DNA from: Rhodothermales bacterium
GTDB lineage: Bacteria; Bacteroidota; Rhodothermia; Rhodothermales; VXPQ01
NCBI GenBank assembly: GCA_040904565.1
Contig: JBBDTI010000031.1
Coordinates: forward strand, 83,831-147,830
Direction: 5' to 3'
DNA: 64,000 nucleotides
Both the position numbers and the translations under genes were made by a program. Under the pieces are notes generated by a model, which was given only the letters and a program-made list of their open reading frames with translations, had not been told where the DNA came from and did not search any database. Shown here piece by piece: positions 10,378 through 21,006 of the stretch (position 1 is the stretch's first letter; every line of letters begins with the position of its first letter).

Positions 10378-11036
10378 CGGATAATATGGACCTGCGTCCA
10401 GGAAGCATCACCTCCATTCGAGCACAGTCCCAATCGCCGGATCGCGTATCCGTGTATATCGACGATGCGTTTGCCTTTGGCATGCATCGCGATCTCCTGC
10501 TGGAGTTCGACCTCGCGAAGGGTACGGAGCTGACCGTTGACAAGCAGCAGGAGATCGTGCGCCGCGACGCCTTCTTCAAAGCGCGAGCGGCCGCCGTTCG
10601 TTACCTGTCGTACCGAGATCGCTCGGCGGCTGAAATCCGACGGAGGCTGGAGCGCGGCGAATACGGAGCGCACGTGATCGAGGACGTCGTTCACGACCTG
10701 GAAGAGAAGAACCTGGTCGATGATCACCGATTTGCTCTCACGTATGCGGAGGGGCGATTTCACTCAGGTGGTTACGGCCCGGTGCGCGTTCGGTCCGACC
10801 TCATGAAGAAGGGCGTCAAGACGGAAGCGGTCGATGCGGCCGTGTCGACCGTCTTTTCCGAGCGGGACGAGGTGCTAGGACGTGCGCGGGAGATGGGCGT
10901 GAAGCGGTGGGGGCAGCTGGAACGTGAGGACGATCCGCTTCGGAAAAAAAAGAAAGTCTACGACTATCTGGCCCGGCGCGGCTTTCCCTTCGACATGGCG
11001 CGGCGCATCGTAAATGAACTGCAGGACGACACGTGA
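10374..11036 (+). CDS. recX: Regulatory protein RecX
   Basis: RVSVYIDDAFAFG, AVRYLSYRDRSAAEIRRRL, VDDHRFA, GPVRVRSDLMKKGV, YLARRGF. Confidence 0.9.
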   Translation: MTDNMDLRPGSITSIRAQSQSPDRVSVYIDDAFAFGMHRDLLLEFDLAKGTELTVDKQQEIVRRDAFFKARAAAVRYLSYRDRSAAEIRRRLERGEYGAHVIEDVVHDLEEKNLVDDHRFALTYAEGRFHSGGYGPVRVRSDLMKKGVKTEAVDAAVSTVFSERDEVLGRAREMGVKRWGQLEREDDPLRKKKKVYDYLARRGFPFDMARRIVNELQDDT

Positions 11037-11243
11037 GCTACGGTGACGACTCCCCGACGAAGAGCGCCGGGTCGTCGAGCGGATGCATGCCGGCGCATCT
11101 TTCTCGATCTGTCGTTCGTTTACGGCAACACGGGTGCGGCGTGCTCGGCCGGGCGCATCGGGCTCGCGAATTGGGGGCAGGCGGCGGTAGGGGCCCGCAG
11201 CATCTACGACAGCGTCGAGAGGGCGAAGTAGTCAGAGAATGCG

Positions 11244-12692
11244 ATGAATGAAGGAAAGCACGAACCGAGTGAACCACGAGAGGGGGCGTACGAGCGTGAA
11301 CATCCCTCCGAGTTCGCCTCCTCGGGTGAACAGTTGCCCTCCGGGTTCACCGTCGACCGAGTCATCCGGGTAGCGCTTGGGACAGGGCTCGTGGCGGCCG
11401 TAGCCTGGTTGATCTGGTACTTTTCGTCGCTCGTCCTTTTTCTCGTGATAGGCGTGGTGCTGGCCTATCTGATGCGCCCCCTGGTGGATCGCCTGCAGGG
11501 GTGGGGCGTGGCACGCATCCCGGCCATTATGGCGACGTTCGTCCTCGTCTTCGGCGGACTCGTCGTCTTGATCACTCAGCTTGCGCCCTTCGCCACCGAC
11601 CAGCTTCGCGAGCTGTCTCAGCAGGTCAACTTTCAGCAGGCAGCGCAGATTACGGCGGTGGACGCGCAGGGACCGGCGGATGCTGCGGGGCTGGACGCGG
11701 GCGATGCCATCGTCGCCGTAGACGGGCAGCCGTGGGATGGGTTCAGCCAGTTGCAATCTATACTTCATGCGAAGCAAGCTGGAGATTCCCTCCAGGTGGA
11801 AGCCGAGACGCAAGGCGGAGATCGCGTCCGGCGGATCTTGATCTTGCGGGACCCTGATCCATCACGGGGAGATCAACCGGTCGGCGACGATGAGCGATAC
11901 GTCGCTGCGCTGGGCGTAACCGCGCGCGACGTGACCCTCTCTAACGTCGCCATCGCCATCGAGCGGAGAATCCGGACCGTGCTTCCGATCGAGCGGGGCA
12001 CCATTGTGAACGGCGTTGCGACCGGCCTCAATCGGATTTTTGGAGACGATCAGGTGGCCGCCGTCGCCGGGTCGATCGTCGGCTTGTTCACCAATATCTT
12101 CTACGCCGTACTGGTGATTCCATTCGTGGCCTTCTTTTTTCTGAAAGACGGCACTCAGCTGCGGAGAAGCCTGCTGCGCCTCGTACCCAATCGATACTTC
12201 GAGCTGACGCTCTCGCTGATCGGAAAGATCGAGACCATCGTCGGCCGCTATTTTCGGGCGCTCTCGTTTCAGGTGCTCGCGATCGCGGTGGTGGCCTCGA
12301 CGCTGCTCTACGTCGTCGGACTGCAGTATGCGGTTGCGGTGGGTGTCTTTACCGGTCTGGCGAATACGATACCGTACTTCGGACCGCTGATGGGCTTCGT
12401 GGCCGGTACGCTGGTCGGCGTCGTACAGACGGGTGACTTTACGCTCGTGCCGGGTGTGATCCTCGCGATGGTGCTGACGCAGGCGGCCGACAACGTGATT
12501 TTCCAGCCGTATATCTTCTCGCGCGCTGCGCAGGCCCATCCGCTCGTCATTCTCTTCGCGGTTCTGATCGGAGCGCAGATTGCCGGCATCATCGGGATGC
12601 TTGTCGCGATACCCCTGATGACCATCGTCCGCGTAGCCGTCCAGCAGGTGCTCTGGAGCCTGCGCAACTATCGTATTCTCAAGTCGGCATGA
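11244..12692 (+). CDS. AI-2E (PerM-like) family transporter with inserted PDZ domain
   Basis: LAYLMRPLVDRL, FFFLKDG, NTIPYFGP, QPYI, HPLVILFAVLIG. PDZ-like segment ITAVDAQGPADAAGLDAGDAIVAVDG. Confidence 0.88.
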   Translation: MNEGKHEPSEPREGAYEREHPSEFASSGEQLPSGFTVDRVIRVALGTGLVAAVAWLIWYFSSLVLFLVIGVVLAYLMRPLVDRLQGWGVARIPAIMATFVLVFGGLVVLITQLAPFATDQLRELSQQVNFQQAAQITAVDAQGPADAAGLDAGDAIVAVDGQPWDGFSQLQSILHAKQAGDSLQVEAETQGGDRVRRILILRDPDPSRGDQPVGDDERYVAALGVTARDVTLSNVAIAIERRIRTVLPIERGTIVNGVATGLNRIFGDDQVAAVAGSIVGLFTNIFYAVLVIPFVAFFFLKDGTQLRRSLLRLVPNRYFELTLSLIGKIETIVGRYFRALSFQVLAIAVVASTLLYVVGLQYAVAVGVFTGLANTIPYFGPLMGFVAGTLVGVVQTGDFTLVPGVILAMVLTQAADNVIFQPYIFSRAAQAHPLVILFAVLIGAQIAGIIGMLVAIPLMTIVRVAVQQVLWSLRNYRILKSA

Positions 12693-12695
12693 AGG

Positions 12696-13529
12696 ATGTG
12701 GATCATGGCTGGCGATGCTAAACGTGCGGCGAACGAGCTCGTGTCGCGCTTTGCCGTGCGCCCGGCGGTGGCGCTCGTTCTCGGCTCAGGTCTCGGTGCC
12801 CTGGCGAAGTCCGTCACCGATGCGGTTGTCGTACCGACGCACAACGTCGCGGGATATCCAGCCTCGACGGTAGCCGGCCACCAGGGTCGCCTGGTCTTCG
12901 GACGGCTGGAAGACGTCTCCATCCTGATCGTGCAGGGTCGCTTGCACCTCTACGAAGGATATAGCGTCGGTCAGATTACCTACCCGATACGCCTGATGCA
13001 TGCGCTTGGCGTCCGCCGCGTGCTGCTCACGAATGCGGCGGGCGGTATCCATCCGACGTTGTCGCCCGGGACGTTGATGTTCATCACGGATCACATCAAC
13101 GCATCCGGGGCAACCCTCACCGGGTCCGCTGCGCTCTCTGGCACGGCTGCGCCCGAGGCCGTTCGGACGCGCGATGACACGGTACCGTACGACATACAGT
13201 GGCTCGATCGTACAGAACGCGCCGCGCTTCGATTGGGCATTGCTACGAGACGCGGAACGTACGTGTGGACCCGCGGGCCGTGCTACGAGACGAAAGCGGA
13301 GATCGGCGCGTTTCGCCGGCTGGGAGGAGACGCCGTCGGGATGAGCACCGTCCCCGAGGCGCTCCAGGCTTCCGCCCTCGGCATGGACGTGCTCGGTATC
13401 TCGACGATTACCAACGCGGCCGCCGGGCTGTCCGATGCGACGTTGTCGCACGAAGACGTGCTGGCGGTCGGCGAACGTGTTCGCGGCGATCTCGAACGGC
13501 TCGTTCGCGCCACGTTGAAGGGATACTAG
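12696..13529 (+). CDS. punA: Purine-nucleoside phosphorylase (trimeric type)
   Basis: LVLGSGLG, GHQGRL, QGRLHLYEG, TNAAGG, GPCYETKAE, AVGMSTVPE, ITN motifs. Confidence 0.92.
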   Translation: MWIMAGDAKRAANELVSRFAVRPAVALVLGSGLGALAKSVTDAVVVPTHNVAGYPASTVAGHQGRLVFGRLEDVSILIVQGRLHLYEGYSVGQITYPIRLMHALGVRRVLLTNAAGGIHPTLSPGTLMFITDHINASGATLTGSAALSGTAAPEAVRTRDDTVPYDIQWLDRTERAALRLGIATRRGTYVWTRGPCYETKAEIGAFRRLGGDAVGMSTVPEALQASALGMDVLGISTITNAAAGLSDATLSHEDVLAVGERVRGDLERLVRATLKGY

Positions 13530-13692
13530 CGGTTCCCTGGGGGACGACCAGTCCTTCAAGATCTCCGGAAGACGTTCGCCGACACTGATCTTGTCGGATG
13601 AAGGATCCGTATATATTAGCTTAGCGGTTTCATGCGTGCTGCGTGATGTCGTCCTTTCATTGAATGCCGTGCCTTTGCCTAGTTCGTTGCCC

Positions 13693-14979
13693 ATGCTTCC
13701 GATCGTATCCTTTGAAGACCGAAGGGACAAGCTGCCGCGCATCTTCGATCGCGGCGCCGTGTTCAGCGACGAGATCGATGCGGCGGTGTCCGACATCCTG
13801 CGAGACGTTCGCGAGAGGCGCGACGAGGCCCTGCTAGATCTCACGGAGCGTTTCGACGGCGTACGGCCTGCCCGTCTGCGCATCTCGACTGAACGATTGG
13901 CCGAGGCCTATTCCGACCTCGATCCCGAGCTGCGTGACATCTTCTCTGAGGCGGCTAGCAATATTCGACGTTTTCACGAGAAGCAGGTACGGAGCTCGTG
14001 GTTCTCGGACGAGGACGACGGGGTCATGCTGGGCCAGCGATTCGTACCGCTCGACCGGGCGGGCGTGTACGTGCCCGGTGGTACGGCGGCGTATCCGTCG
14101 ACCGTGCTCATGAGCGTCATTCCCGCGCAGGTAGCCGGCGTACGCGACATTCAGCTGACATCGCCTCCAGGAGATGACGGTGAGCCGCATCCTTTCGTGC
14201 TGGCGGCAGCGCACTTCCTGGGTCTCGACGCTATTTACGCCGTCGGTGGTGCCCAGGCCATCGGGGCCCTGGCCTACGGAACGCAGACCATTCCTCGCGT
14301 CGACAAGATCGTCGGCCCCGGTAATGTCTACGTCGCCGCGGCCAAGAAACAGGTCTACGGTCAGGTCGACATCGATTCCATTGCCGGACCGAGTGAAATC
14401 GTGGTGCTGGCCGACGACGGTGCCGACTCCGGCTTTGCGGCGGCGGATCTGCTGTCGCAGGCGGAACACGACCCCCGGGCATCCGCCGTACTCGTTACGA
14501 CGGACGCCGCGTTCGCGGCCAGGGTGCGTGAGCGGGCCATCGAGATGGCCGCCGACCTTCCCCGGCGAGAGATCGTCGAGGCGTCACTGGCCGATTTCGG
14601 CGCATGTATCGTGGCGGATACCATGGAGCAAGCCGTCGACGTCGTCAACGAACTCGCGCCCGAACATCTCGAACTGCTGGTACGGGATCCTGAGGGCGTC
14701 CTCGGTCAGGTCCGGCATGCGGGAGCCATTTTTCTCGGGCCGTACTCTCCGGAGCCCGTCGGCGACTATTTCGCGGGGCCGAACCACGTTTTGCCGACGG
14801 GCGGTACGGCCCGGTACGCGTCGGCGCTGGACGTCACCGATTTCCTTCGGCGCCAGTCGATCGTCGCCTATACGCGTGAACGGCTTGCGAAGACGGGTGC
14901 GCGGATCGCGACGTTTGCACGGGCGGAGGACCTGGAGGCCCACGCACGTGCCGTCGAGATACGGATCGACGACCGCTGA
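13693..14979 (+). CDS. hisD: Histidinol dehydrogenase
   Basis: GVYVPGGTAAYPSTVLM, GGAQAI, GPGN, IDSIAGPSE, DLLSQAEHD, APEHLEL, GDYFAGPNHVLPT. Confidence 0.97.
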   Translation: MLPIVSFEDRRDKLPRIFDRGAVFSDEIDAAVSDILRDVRERRDEALLDLTERFDGVRPARLRISTERLAEAYSDLDPELRDIFSEAASNIRRFHEKQVRSSWFSDEDDGVMLGQRFVPLDRAGVYVPGGTAAYPSTVLMSVIPAQVAGVRDIQLTSPPGDDGEPHPFVLAAAHFLGLDAIYAVGGAQAIGALAYGTQTIPRVDKIVGPGNVYVAAAKKQVYGQVDIDSIAGPSEIVVLADDGADSGFAAADLLSQAEHDPRASAVLVTTDAAFAARVRERAIEMAADLPRREIVEASLADFGACIVADTMEQAVDVVNELAPEHLELLVRDPEGVLGQVRHAGAIFLGPYSPEPVGDYFAGPNHVLPTGGTARYASALDVTDFLRRQSIVAYTRERLAKTGARIATFARAEDLEAHARAVEIRIDDR

Positions 14980-15075
14980 TCGGCCCGGTCCGAAAGGGAG
15001 AGCATCTTGCCGACGCAACAGGTTGTGGTATCATCAACAGTGCAGACAAAACGAAGAGGAGTCGAGGGATCGTGC

Positions 15076-16191
15076 ATGGCAGGTACGGAGAGTGACGGAT
15101 CGGATGCGATCGCGCAGGTTTTGAATCGCATTCGTCCCGCGATTCGCGAACAGCAAGCCTATGTGGTTGGTGGGATAGAACGGCCGCCGGTGAAGCTCAA
15201 TCAGAACGAGAGCCCGTATGATCTTCCGGAGGCCATCAAGGACGATCTGCTGGAAGCGTTTGCCGCGATCCCGTTCAACCGGTATCCGGACGAGCAGCCG
15301 GGGCGACTCGTGCGGGCCTACGCCGATCACGTGGGCTGTGACGCGGAGATGGTCCTGGCCGGAAACGGCTCCAACGAACTGACCTATACCCTGGGGCTGG
15401 CGCTCGTCGAAAGGGGTACGCCCGTCGTCCTCCCGAGGCCCATGTTCTCTCTATACGAAAAGGTCGTGCGGATGCACGACGGCGACCTGGTCGAGGTGCC
15501 GTGTCTTCCGGATTACCGATTCGACGCGGAGGGGTTGCTCGACGCGGTGCGGACGAATAGACCGGCCCTGACGGTGTTGACGACGCCGAACAATCCCACC
15601 GGTCTGGCCATGGAGGAGGGGGAGATCGAGGCTATCGTCGCGGCCTCCGATGGGTTCGTCGTGATCGATGAAGCGTACGTCGAATTCTCCGACCGATCCA
15701 GCGCCATAGAATTGCTGGATGCCTATCCGAACGTCATCGTGTTGCGCACGCTTTCGAAGGCGTACGGTCTTGCCGGGCTTCGCATCGGATTCATGATTGC
15801 GCGCCGCCACGTAATCCGCGAAATCATGAAGGCGCGGCTGCCGTTTATGATCGATCCTCTTGCGGAGGCCGCGGCGCGGACGCTGATAGCCCACGAGGAT
15901 CTGCTGGACGGACGAGCACGCAGCCTGAAAGCGGGGCGCGCAGCGCTCCAGGATGCGCTGGCGTCGCTGGATGGTGTGGACGTCATCCCGTCTCAAACGA
16001 ATTTCGTCGTGTTCCGTCCGCCGGTCGAGGCCTCGATCGTGATGGGCCGTCTCGCTGAAGCGGGCGTGCTCGTCAGAAACATGGCGGGGTACCGAGAATT
16101 GAGCGGATATCTCCGCGTCAATGCGGGAACGGAGAGCGAGAACAACGCATTTTTGGTCGCGTTGAAAAATGCATTGACTGAAAGCCGTTGA
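15076..16191 (+). CDS. hisC: Histidinol-phosphate aminotransferase
   Basis: KLNQNESP, NRYPD, GNGSNE, PNNPTG, DEAYVEF and PLP-lysine motif RTLSKAYGLAGLRIG. Follows hisD. Confidence 0.95.
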   Translation: MAGTESDGSDAIAQVLNRIRPAIREQQAYVVGGIERPPVKLNQNESPYDLPEAIKDDLLEAFAAIPFNRYPDEQPGRLVRAYADHVGCDAEMVLAGNGSNELTYTLGLALVERGTPVVLPRPMFSLYEKVVRMHDGDLVEVPCLPDYRFDAEGLLDAVRTNRPALTVLTTPNNPTGLAMEEGEIEAIVAASDGFVVIDEAYVEFSDRSSAIELLDAYPNVIVLRTLSKAYGLAGLRIGFMIARRHVIREIMKARLPFMIDPLAEAAARTLIAHEDLLDGRARSLKAGRAALQDALASLDGVDVIPSQTNFVVFRPPVEASIVMGRLAEAGVLVRNMAGYRELSGYLRVNAGTESENNAFLVALKNALTESR

Positions 16192-16287
16192 TGCCGCGAC
16201 GTTAAATGTGCCGGATGCGTGCTGCCGACGTGCTGCGGTGAAGGCACTTCGTCGAACTGACATTTACTCCAGGTCGCTAGTACTGCC

Positions 16288-16875
16288 ATGGATTACATAC
16301 AGGTAGATATCATCGGACTTTCGACGAGCCCGTCTAGTGGCGGAGCGTATGCTCTGGTACTCGGCGAGGTCGGAGGAAACCGGCGACTACCCATCATCAT
16401 CGGAGCATTCGAGGCACAGGCGATCGCGCTGGAGCTGGAGAAGATCCAACCACCCAGGCCCATGACGCACGATCTGCTTCGCGATACGCTGGATGCCGTC
16501 GATGCCGAGGTCATGGACGTCGTGATCGATGAGCTGCGAGAGGGGACGTTCTTTGCCAAGATTCGGTACGTTCACGACGGCGACGAGGGGCAGCTCGATT
16601 CCCGTCCCAGCGATGCCGTAGCGCTTGCCGTTCGGGTCGACGCCCCCATCTACGTGGCTCCCAGCGTGATGGAAGAGGCTGGTATACCGACGGAAGAGGA
16701 AGGCACGGCCGCGCTGTCGACGGGCCAGGTAGAAGCAGCCGAGGAGTCGTCCATGACCCAGCTCGAACGCATGGAGCATCAGCTGGAATCGGCCATCGAG
16801 GAGGAAGACTACGAAAAGGCGGCCGAGCTGAGGGATGAGATTAAGCGATTGCAGAGTGAAAAGCAGAAGAACTGA
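16288..16875 (+). CDS. Bifunctional nuclease (DUF151) family protein with C-terminal UvrB/UvrC motif
   Basis: LPIIIGAFEAQAIA, PRPMTHDL, DSRPSDAVALAVR, AIEEEDYEKAAELRDEI. Confidence 0.92.
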   Translation: MDYIQVDIIGLSTSPSSGGAYALVLGEVGGNRRLPIIIGAFEAQAIALELEKIQPPRPMTHDLLRDTLDAVDAEVMDVVIDELREGTFFAKIRYVHDGDEGQLDSRPSDAVALAVRVDAPIYVAPSVMEEAGIPTEEEGTAALSTGQVEAAEESSMTQLERMEHQLESAIEEEDYEKAAELRDEIKRLQSEKQKN

Positions 16876-17036
16876 CGCCCGTTGATGTGGTCCCATGGTT
16901 CCGGGCGGGTCGAGATCGGAGCCGGGATGTAACGCCAATGCCGTCTTGAGAAACGTGAGAGCGAAGCTTTGGCACTCTTGGATTGTGCGAGAGCTTCGCT
17001 TTTCCTTTGTGCCATCATCCAACAATAGATCCAGAT

Positions 17037-18689
17037 ATGCCCGTCGGAGCCTCCGTTCATGCGTCGATTCGACGCATCCCTTTTTCTGAGATGGATGACT
17101 TCTCGACGCTCTTTCGGGACTATTGTACCGGCTTCGACGCGCTCTCATCGTTCTATGCGGGGGACTACCGGGCACCGGCCGCGCGACGTGCGGCCGTAGA
17201 GCGAGCGGCCGCTCATGAGCGGGATCGAGATACCCTCGCCGACGTGCTTCTGGAGCAGAACGAGCGTTGGGGGCTGCCGCAGGGCGTTCGCGACCATATC
17301 GAAGCGCTCCGACGCTCGGGGAGCGCGGCGGTTGTCACAGGGCAGCAGGTGGGTCTCCTGACGGGGCCACTCTACACGATCCTCAAGACGGTGTCGACGA
17401 TCCAGCTGGCAGAACAGCTGTCGGCGGAGACCGGGCGCGACGTCGTTCCTGTATTCTGGCTGGGTGGAGAGGATCACGACTTCGAGGAAATCTCGAAGGT
17501 GTCGATGCTGCGGCGCAATGAACCGGTTGAGGTGCGGTATGTCGTGTCAGACGCGGGTTCGGGCGGCAACGTGGGACCGGTGGGGCGTATCGAGTTGAAC
17601 GAGGAGGTGGAACGGATCGTGGGGGAGCTGGAGGACGTTCTTCCCCCAACGGATTTTCGAGATGAGGTGATGCAGGTCGTACGGACGTCCTACCGGAGCG
17701 GGACGACATTCTCCGACGCATTCGCCCGGATGCTGAGAGCGCTCTTTCCGAACGCCGGGCTCGTCATCATCGATTCGGACGACGTGCGCCTTAAGCGGCT
17801 GGCCGCGCCGCTCTACAAAAAAGAAATAGACGACGCGGAGCACGTGGCGGAGCTCGTTCGGAAGACGTCCGCCACCCTGGCCGACAGCTACCACAGCCAG
17901 GTTCACGTCCGCCCATCCAACCTCTTCCTTATCAACGAGCGCGGGCGCTTTCCGCTCGACCTCGACGACGGCGTGTTTCGCCTCCGGGATCAGGACGAAA
18001 GGTATACCCGCGCGGAGCTGCACGAACTGCTGGACGAAGCGCCGGACCGGTTCAGTCCGAACGTCGTGCTTCGTCCGTTGACGCAGGACCTGCTGCTGCC
18101 GACGGCCCTATACGTCGCCGGGCCCAGCGAGATAGCCTACTTCGCGCAGTACGGCGACGTGTACGATTGGGCGGGGATTCCCATGCCGCTCGTTTATCCG
18201 CGAGCGAGCGTCAGCATTGTCGAATCCAAGGTCTCGAAGGTACTCGAGAAATACGGTCTGACGGTCGGCGATGTCGGGGAGGATCTCGATCGCCTGTTCC
18301 AGCGCGTCGTCGTGGATGCGATGGACGTCGACGTGGACGAGGTGTTCTCGGATGCCGGGCGTCATCTGCACGAGGCCGTCAATGCCGTGAAGGGTCCGCT
18401 CGAGGAGATCGACCGGACGCTGTCGGGAGCGGCCGAAGCGACGCGAAAGGCGTTCATGGAGGAGTTCGATAAGCTCAAGGCGAAGGCCGTGCGGCTCGAA
18501 AAGAAGAACCACGACGTCGTTCGCGACCAGCTCGAGAAGGCGCAGTCGAACCTGTATCCTGCCGGTGTGCTGCAGGAACGGGCGATTTCCATTCTCTACT
18601 TTGTGAACAAATACAGCCTCGACTTGATCGGCGCGTTGCTGGACAACGTGTCGACGGACACGACGGAGCACCAGATCGTAGAACTCTGA
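17037..18689 (+). CDS. bshC: Bacillithiol biosynthesis cysteine-adding enzyme BshC
   Basis: VVTGQQVGLLTGPLYTILK, PVFWLGGEDHDFEEI, FSPNVVLRP, YVAGPSEIAYFAQ and C-terminal LQER. Confidence 0.93.
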   Translation: MPVGASVHASIRRIPFSEMDDFSTLFRDYCTGFDALSSFYAGDYRAPAARRAAVERAAAHERDRDTLADVLLEQNERWGLPQGVRDHIEALRRSGSAAVVTGQQVGLLTGPLYTILKTVSTIQLAEQLSAETGRDVVPVFWLGGEDHDFEEISKVSMLRRNEPVEVRYVVSDAGSGGNVGPVGRIELNEEVERIVGELEDVLPPTDFRDEVMQVVRTSYRSGTTFSDAFARMLRALFPNAGLVIIDSDDVRLKRLAAPLYKKEIDDAEHVAELVRKTSATLADSYHSQVHVRPSNLFLINERGRFPLDLDDGVFRLRDQDERYTRAELHELLDEAPDRFSPNVVLRPLTQDLLLPTALYVAGPSEIAYFAQYGDVYDWAGIPMPLVYPRASVSIVESKVSKVLEKYGLTVGDVGEDLDRLFQRVVVDAMDVDVDEVFSDAGRHLHEAVNAVKGPLEEIDRTLSGAAEATRKAFMEEFDKLKAKAVRLEKKNHDVVRDQLEKAQSNLYPAGVLQERAISILYFVNKYSLDLIGALLDNVSTDTTEHQIVEL

Positions 18690-18713
18690 ACGCTTCCCGG
18701 CCGCGTACGTGCG

Positions 18714-19859
18714 TCACACCGCCGGCTCCATCTTCATGACCAGGCGGCAGAGGCGGCGCCAGGTCTTCAGGTCGCGCGTACATTCTTTCCGCAGCTCCTC
18801 CACCCGCTGGCGAAGCTCCCGGGCTCTGGTCGGGTCGGCATCCCGTGCCGCCCGGTAGCGGTCTCTCGCTGTCTTGGCCGCCGTGATGGTAGACGTAAGC
18901 TTGTCCGACGTCTTTTCTACGGCGTCCATGAATGCTTTGGCGTGCTGATCTCGCAGCCGGCTCAAATGGTCGATGAGCAGCTCGCGGTCTGCCTGAACGA
19001 GGCGCTTCTTGATCATGAGCGGATCCATCGTCTTCAGGTCCGACGCCAGGCCGAACTTGCTGAGCAGCCAGATGACGTATTTGGGAGGGTCGAATTGATA
19101 CCACCGGACGCCGTTGCGGTAATCTCCCGAGAAGGTGTGGTGGTAATTGTGATATCCCTCGCCAAAGGTGAGCAAGGCAAGAATGAAATTGTTTACCGCC
19201 GAATGCTCCGTCGAGTAGGGTTTGCTCCCCCACATGTGGGCCAGTGAATTGATGAACCACGTGCAGTGGTGGGCAAGGAAAAGCCGGACGAGAATGGCGA
19301 ACACGAATGCACCGGCAACATCTCCCGTCGCCACGCCCACCGCGGCGAATACGAATATGTTTGCGGCGGCCATGAGCAGCCCGTAATACCTATCCTGCAG
19401 TACGAGCAATCGATTCTGCTTTAAGTCCGCCAGATACTTCTCATCGAGGTCCTCCCGCCCCTTGAACATCCACAATACGTGCGGATGCCAGAAGCCGCGC
19501 TCCGTCTCGTACGGATCCTCGTCGGTGTCAACGTGCCGGTGATGCAGCCGATGGTCGTGCGCCCATTCGAATACGCTGCCCTGTGCGGAGAGCGTGCCGA
19601 AGAAGAGCAGAACGGCCTCGACGGCGGGGTGCACGTTGTAGGTTCGGTGGGCGTACAGCCGGTGATAGCCCGTTGTGATGGCCATGAGCGTGGCGGTCCA
19701 CAGAAAGGCCGTGCAGCCGATGAGCAGCCAGCTCGGTGAGTTATGGATCAGATAAAGCGGCAGCGCGACCAACAGCGCGAGGTGATACCCTCCGATGAAG
19801 AGGAGCGCGCTCCAGTTGAGGCGTTTGCCGCGCCAGGCGGCGAGGAAAGAAGATGACAT
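18714..19859 (-). CDS. Delta-9-type acyl-lipid/acyl-CoA fatty acid desaturase with C-terminal coiled-coil extension
   Basis: His boxes GYHRLYAH, HDHRLHHRHVDT and GEGYHNYHH, plus TWFINSLAH. Confidence 0.92.
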   Translation of the reverse strand: MSSSFLAAWRGKRLNWSALLFIGGYHLALLVALPLYLIHNSPSWLLIGCTAFLWTATLMAITTGYHRLYAHRTYNVHPAVEAVLLFFGTLSAQGSVFEWAHDHRLHHRHVDTDEDPYETERGFWHPHVLWMFKGREDLDEKYLADLKQNRLLVLQDRYYGLLMAAANIFVFAAVGVATGDVAGAFVFAILVRLFLAHHCTWFINSLAHMWGSKPYSTEHSAVNNFILALLTFGEGYHNYHHTFSGDYRNGVRWYQFDPPKYVIWLLSKFGLASDLKTMDPLMIKKRLVQADRELLIDHLSRLRDQHAKAFMDAVEKTSDKLTSTITAAKTARDRYRAARDADPTRARELRQRVEELRKECTRDLKTWRRLCRLVMKMEPAV

Positions 19860-20271
19860 GCCAAGCCGGTTCGATTTGGTGGATTGCAGATGCGGAATCG
19901 CCGTGAGGCCGGCCTTGCGAGGTGTGCAGGGGGAGCTTTCGTGCACGATGGGAGTCCGGTCGGGACCTCCTGTTGCTCGGCCATTGTGCACACGCGCTCA
20001 ACCCGTGTACGGTTTCCTCACCGAAGTCGAGAATGCGAAGTTCCATGCAGGGAACCGCAGGTATCGATTGTGGTGAATTGATCCTGACGGTGGCGTCGAG
20101 AATAGGAGACGCCGCTCCTCGCGTTTCCACATGATGCCATGCCGACCAACCTGATTCACAAGCCCGTAGTAGCCATGCCCAAGCTGTTCATTCTGTTGTT
20201 GACGATCGTTCAGATCCTGGATACGCGGCGGCAGGATGGGTGCATCCTCCCGGACGACATGTAAGGAGTCG

Positions 20272-20709
20272 TCAGAAGAGCCGGCTGTGTTCGACCATGA
20301 TGCATCGGTTCTTTACGTACGGCAGATCGTGCTCCCTGGCGGTAGCCTCCGCATCCGGACTCGAAACACCGATCTGGGTCCAGACGACCGGGCGATGGCC
20401 GGTGCTTTCGGCCCGCTGCGCCGCTGCCTCGACCATGTCGGCCGTATAGCGCGGATTGCGGAAGACGTTTACGACGTCGATCTGCATGCTTTCCGGGACG
20501 GACAGCAGATCGGGGTAGGCTTTGTCGCCGTCACACGTCTCGTGATGCGGGTTGACGGGGATGACCTCATATCCGGCCGTCTTGAGATACCGGTAGATGG
20601 CGAAGCTCGTCCGCTCCGGCCGATCGGAGCACCCGACCACGGCGATGGTACGGGTATTATCCAGTATGGACGTGAGCTGGTCGACGCTGTTTACGACGGA
20701 AGTTTGCAT
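20272..20709 (-). CDS. CoA-binding protein (YccU-like)
   Basis: [49 protein letters not shown] at 20709. Confidence 0.9.
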   Translation of the reverse strand: MQTSVVNSVDQLTSILDNTRTIAVVGCSDRPERTSFAIYRYLKTAGYEVIPVNPHHETCDGDKAYPDLLSVPESMQIDVVNVFRNPRYTADMVEAAAQRAESTGHRPVVWTQIGVSSPDAEATAREHDLPYVKNRCIMVEHSRLF

Positions 20710-21006
20710 GGCGTATCGTACAGATGGCGTGATAGGACGATCGATGCCGCTCGACGCGACGAAGGTCGTACGTGCGGCCGGCTGCGACAGATTGCGAACG
20801 CCGCCTGCCTCAGGTGTGTACCTGTCCGCACCCCCTGCGTTCGTTTCGCCCCGGATTTGTTTCAACCGGACGGTCGCCGGCTTTGCCGCGGGGCGTCTTC
20901 GAGGGACGCCGGGAAGGCAGCACGGGTTCAGCAGCCATCGAACAATTCGGCAAGGGAGGTCGTACGCCATCGTCACCATCGAATGGCCGTCAAATCAGGA
21001 GCATCC

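Noticed and set aside
16969-16990. TGGCAC upstream of bshC as a sigma54 promoter
   Set aside because: No GC at the required 10-nt spacing from the GG.
20236-21006. 257-aa N-terminal extension of LeuS
   Set aside because: It overlaps the antisense CoA-binding gene. LeuS homology starts at MAGYPF (21007).
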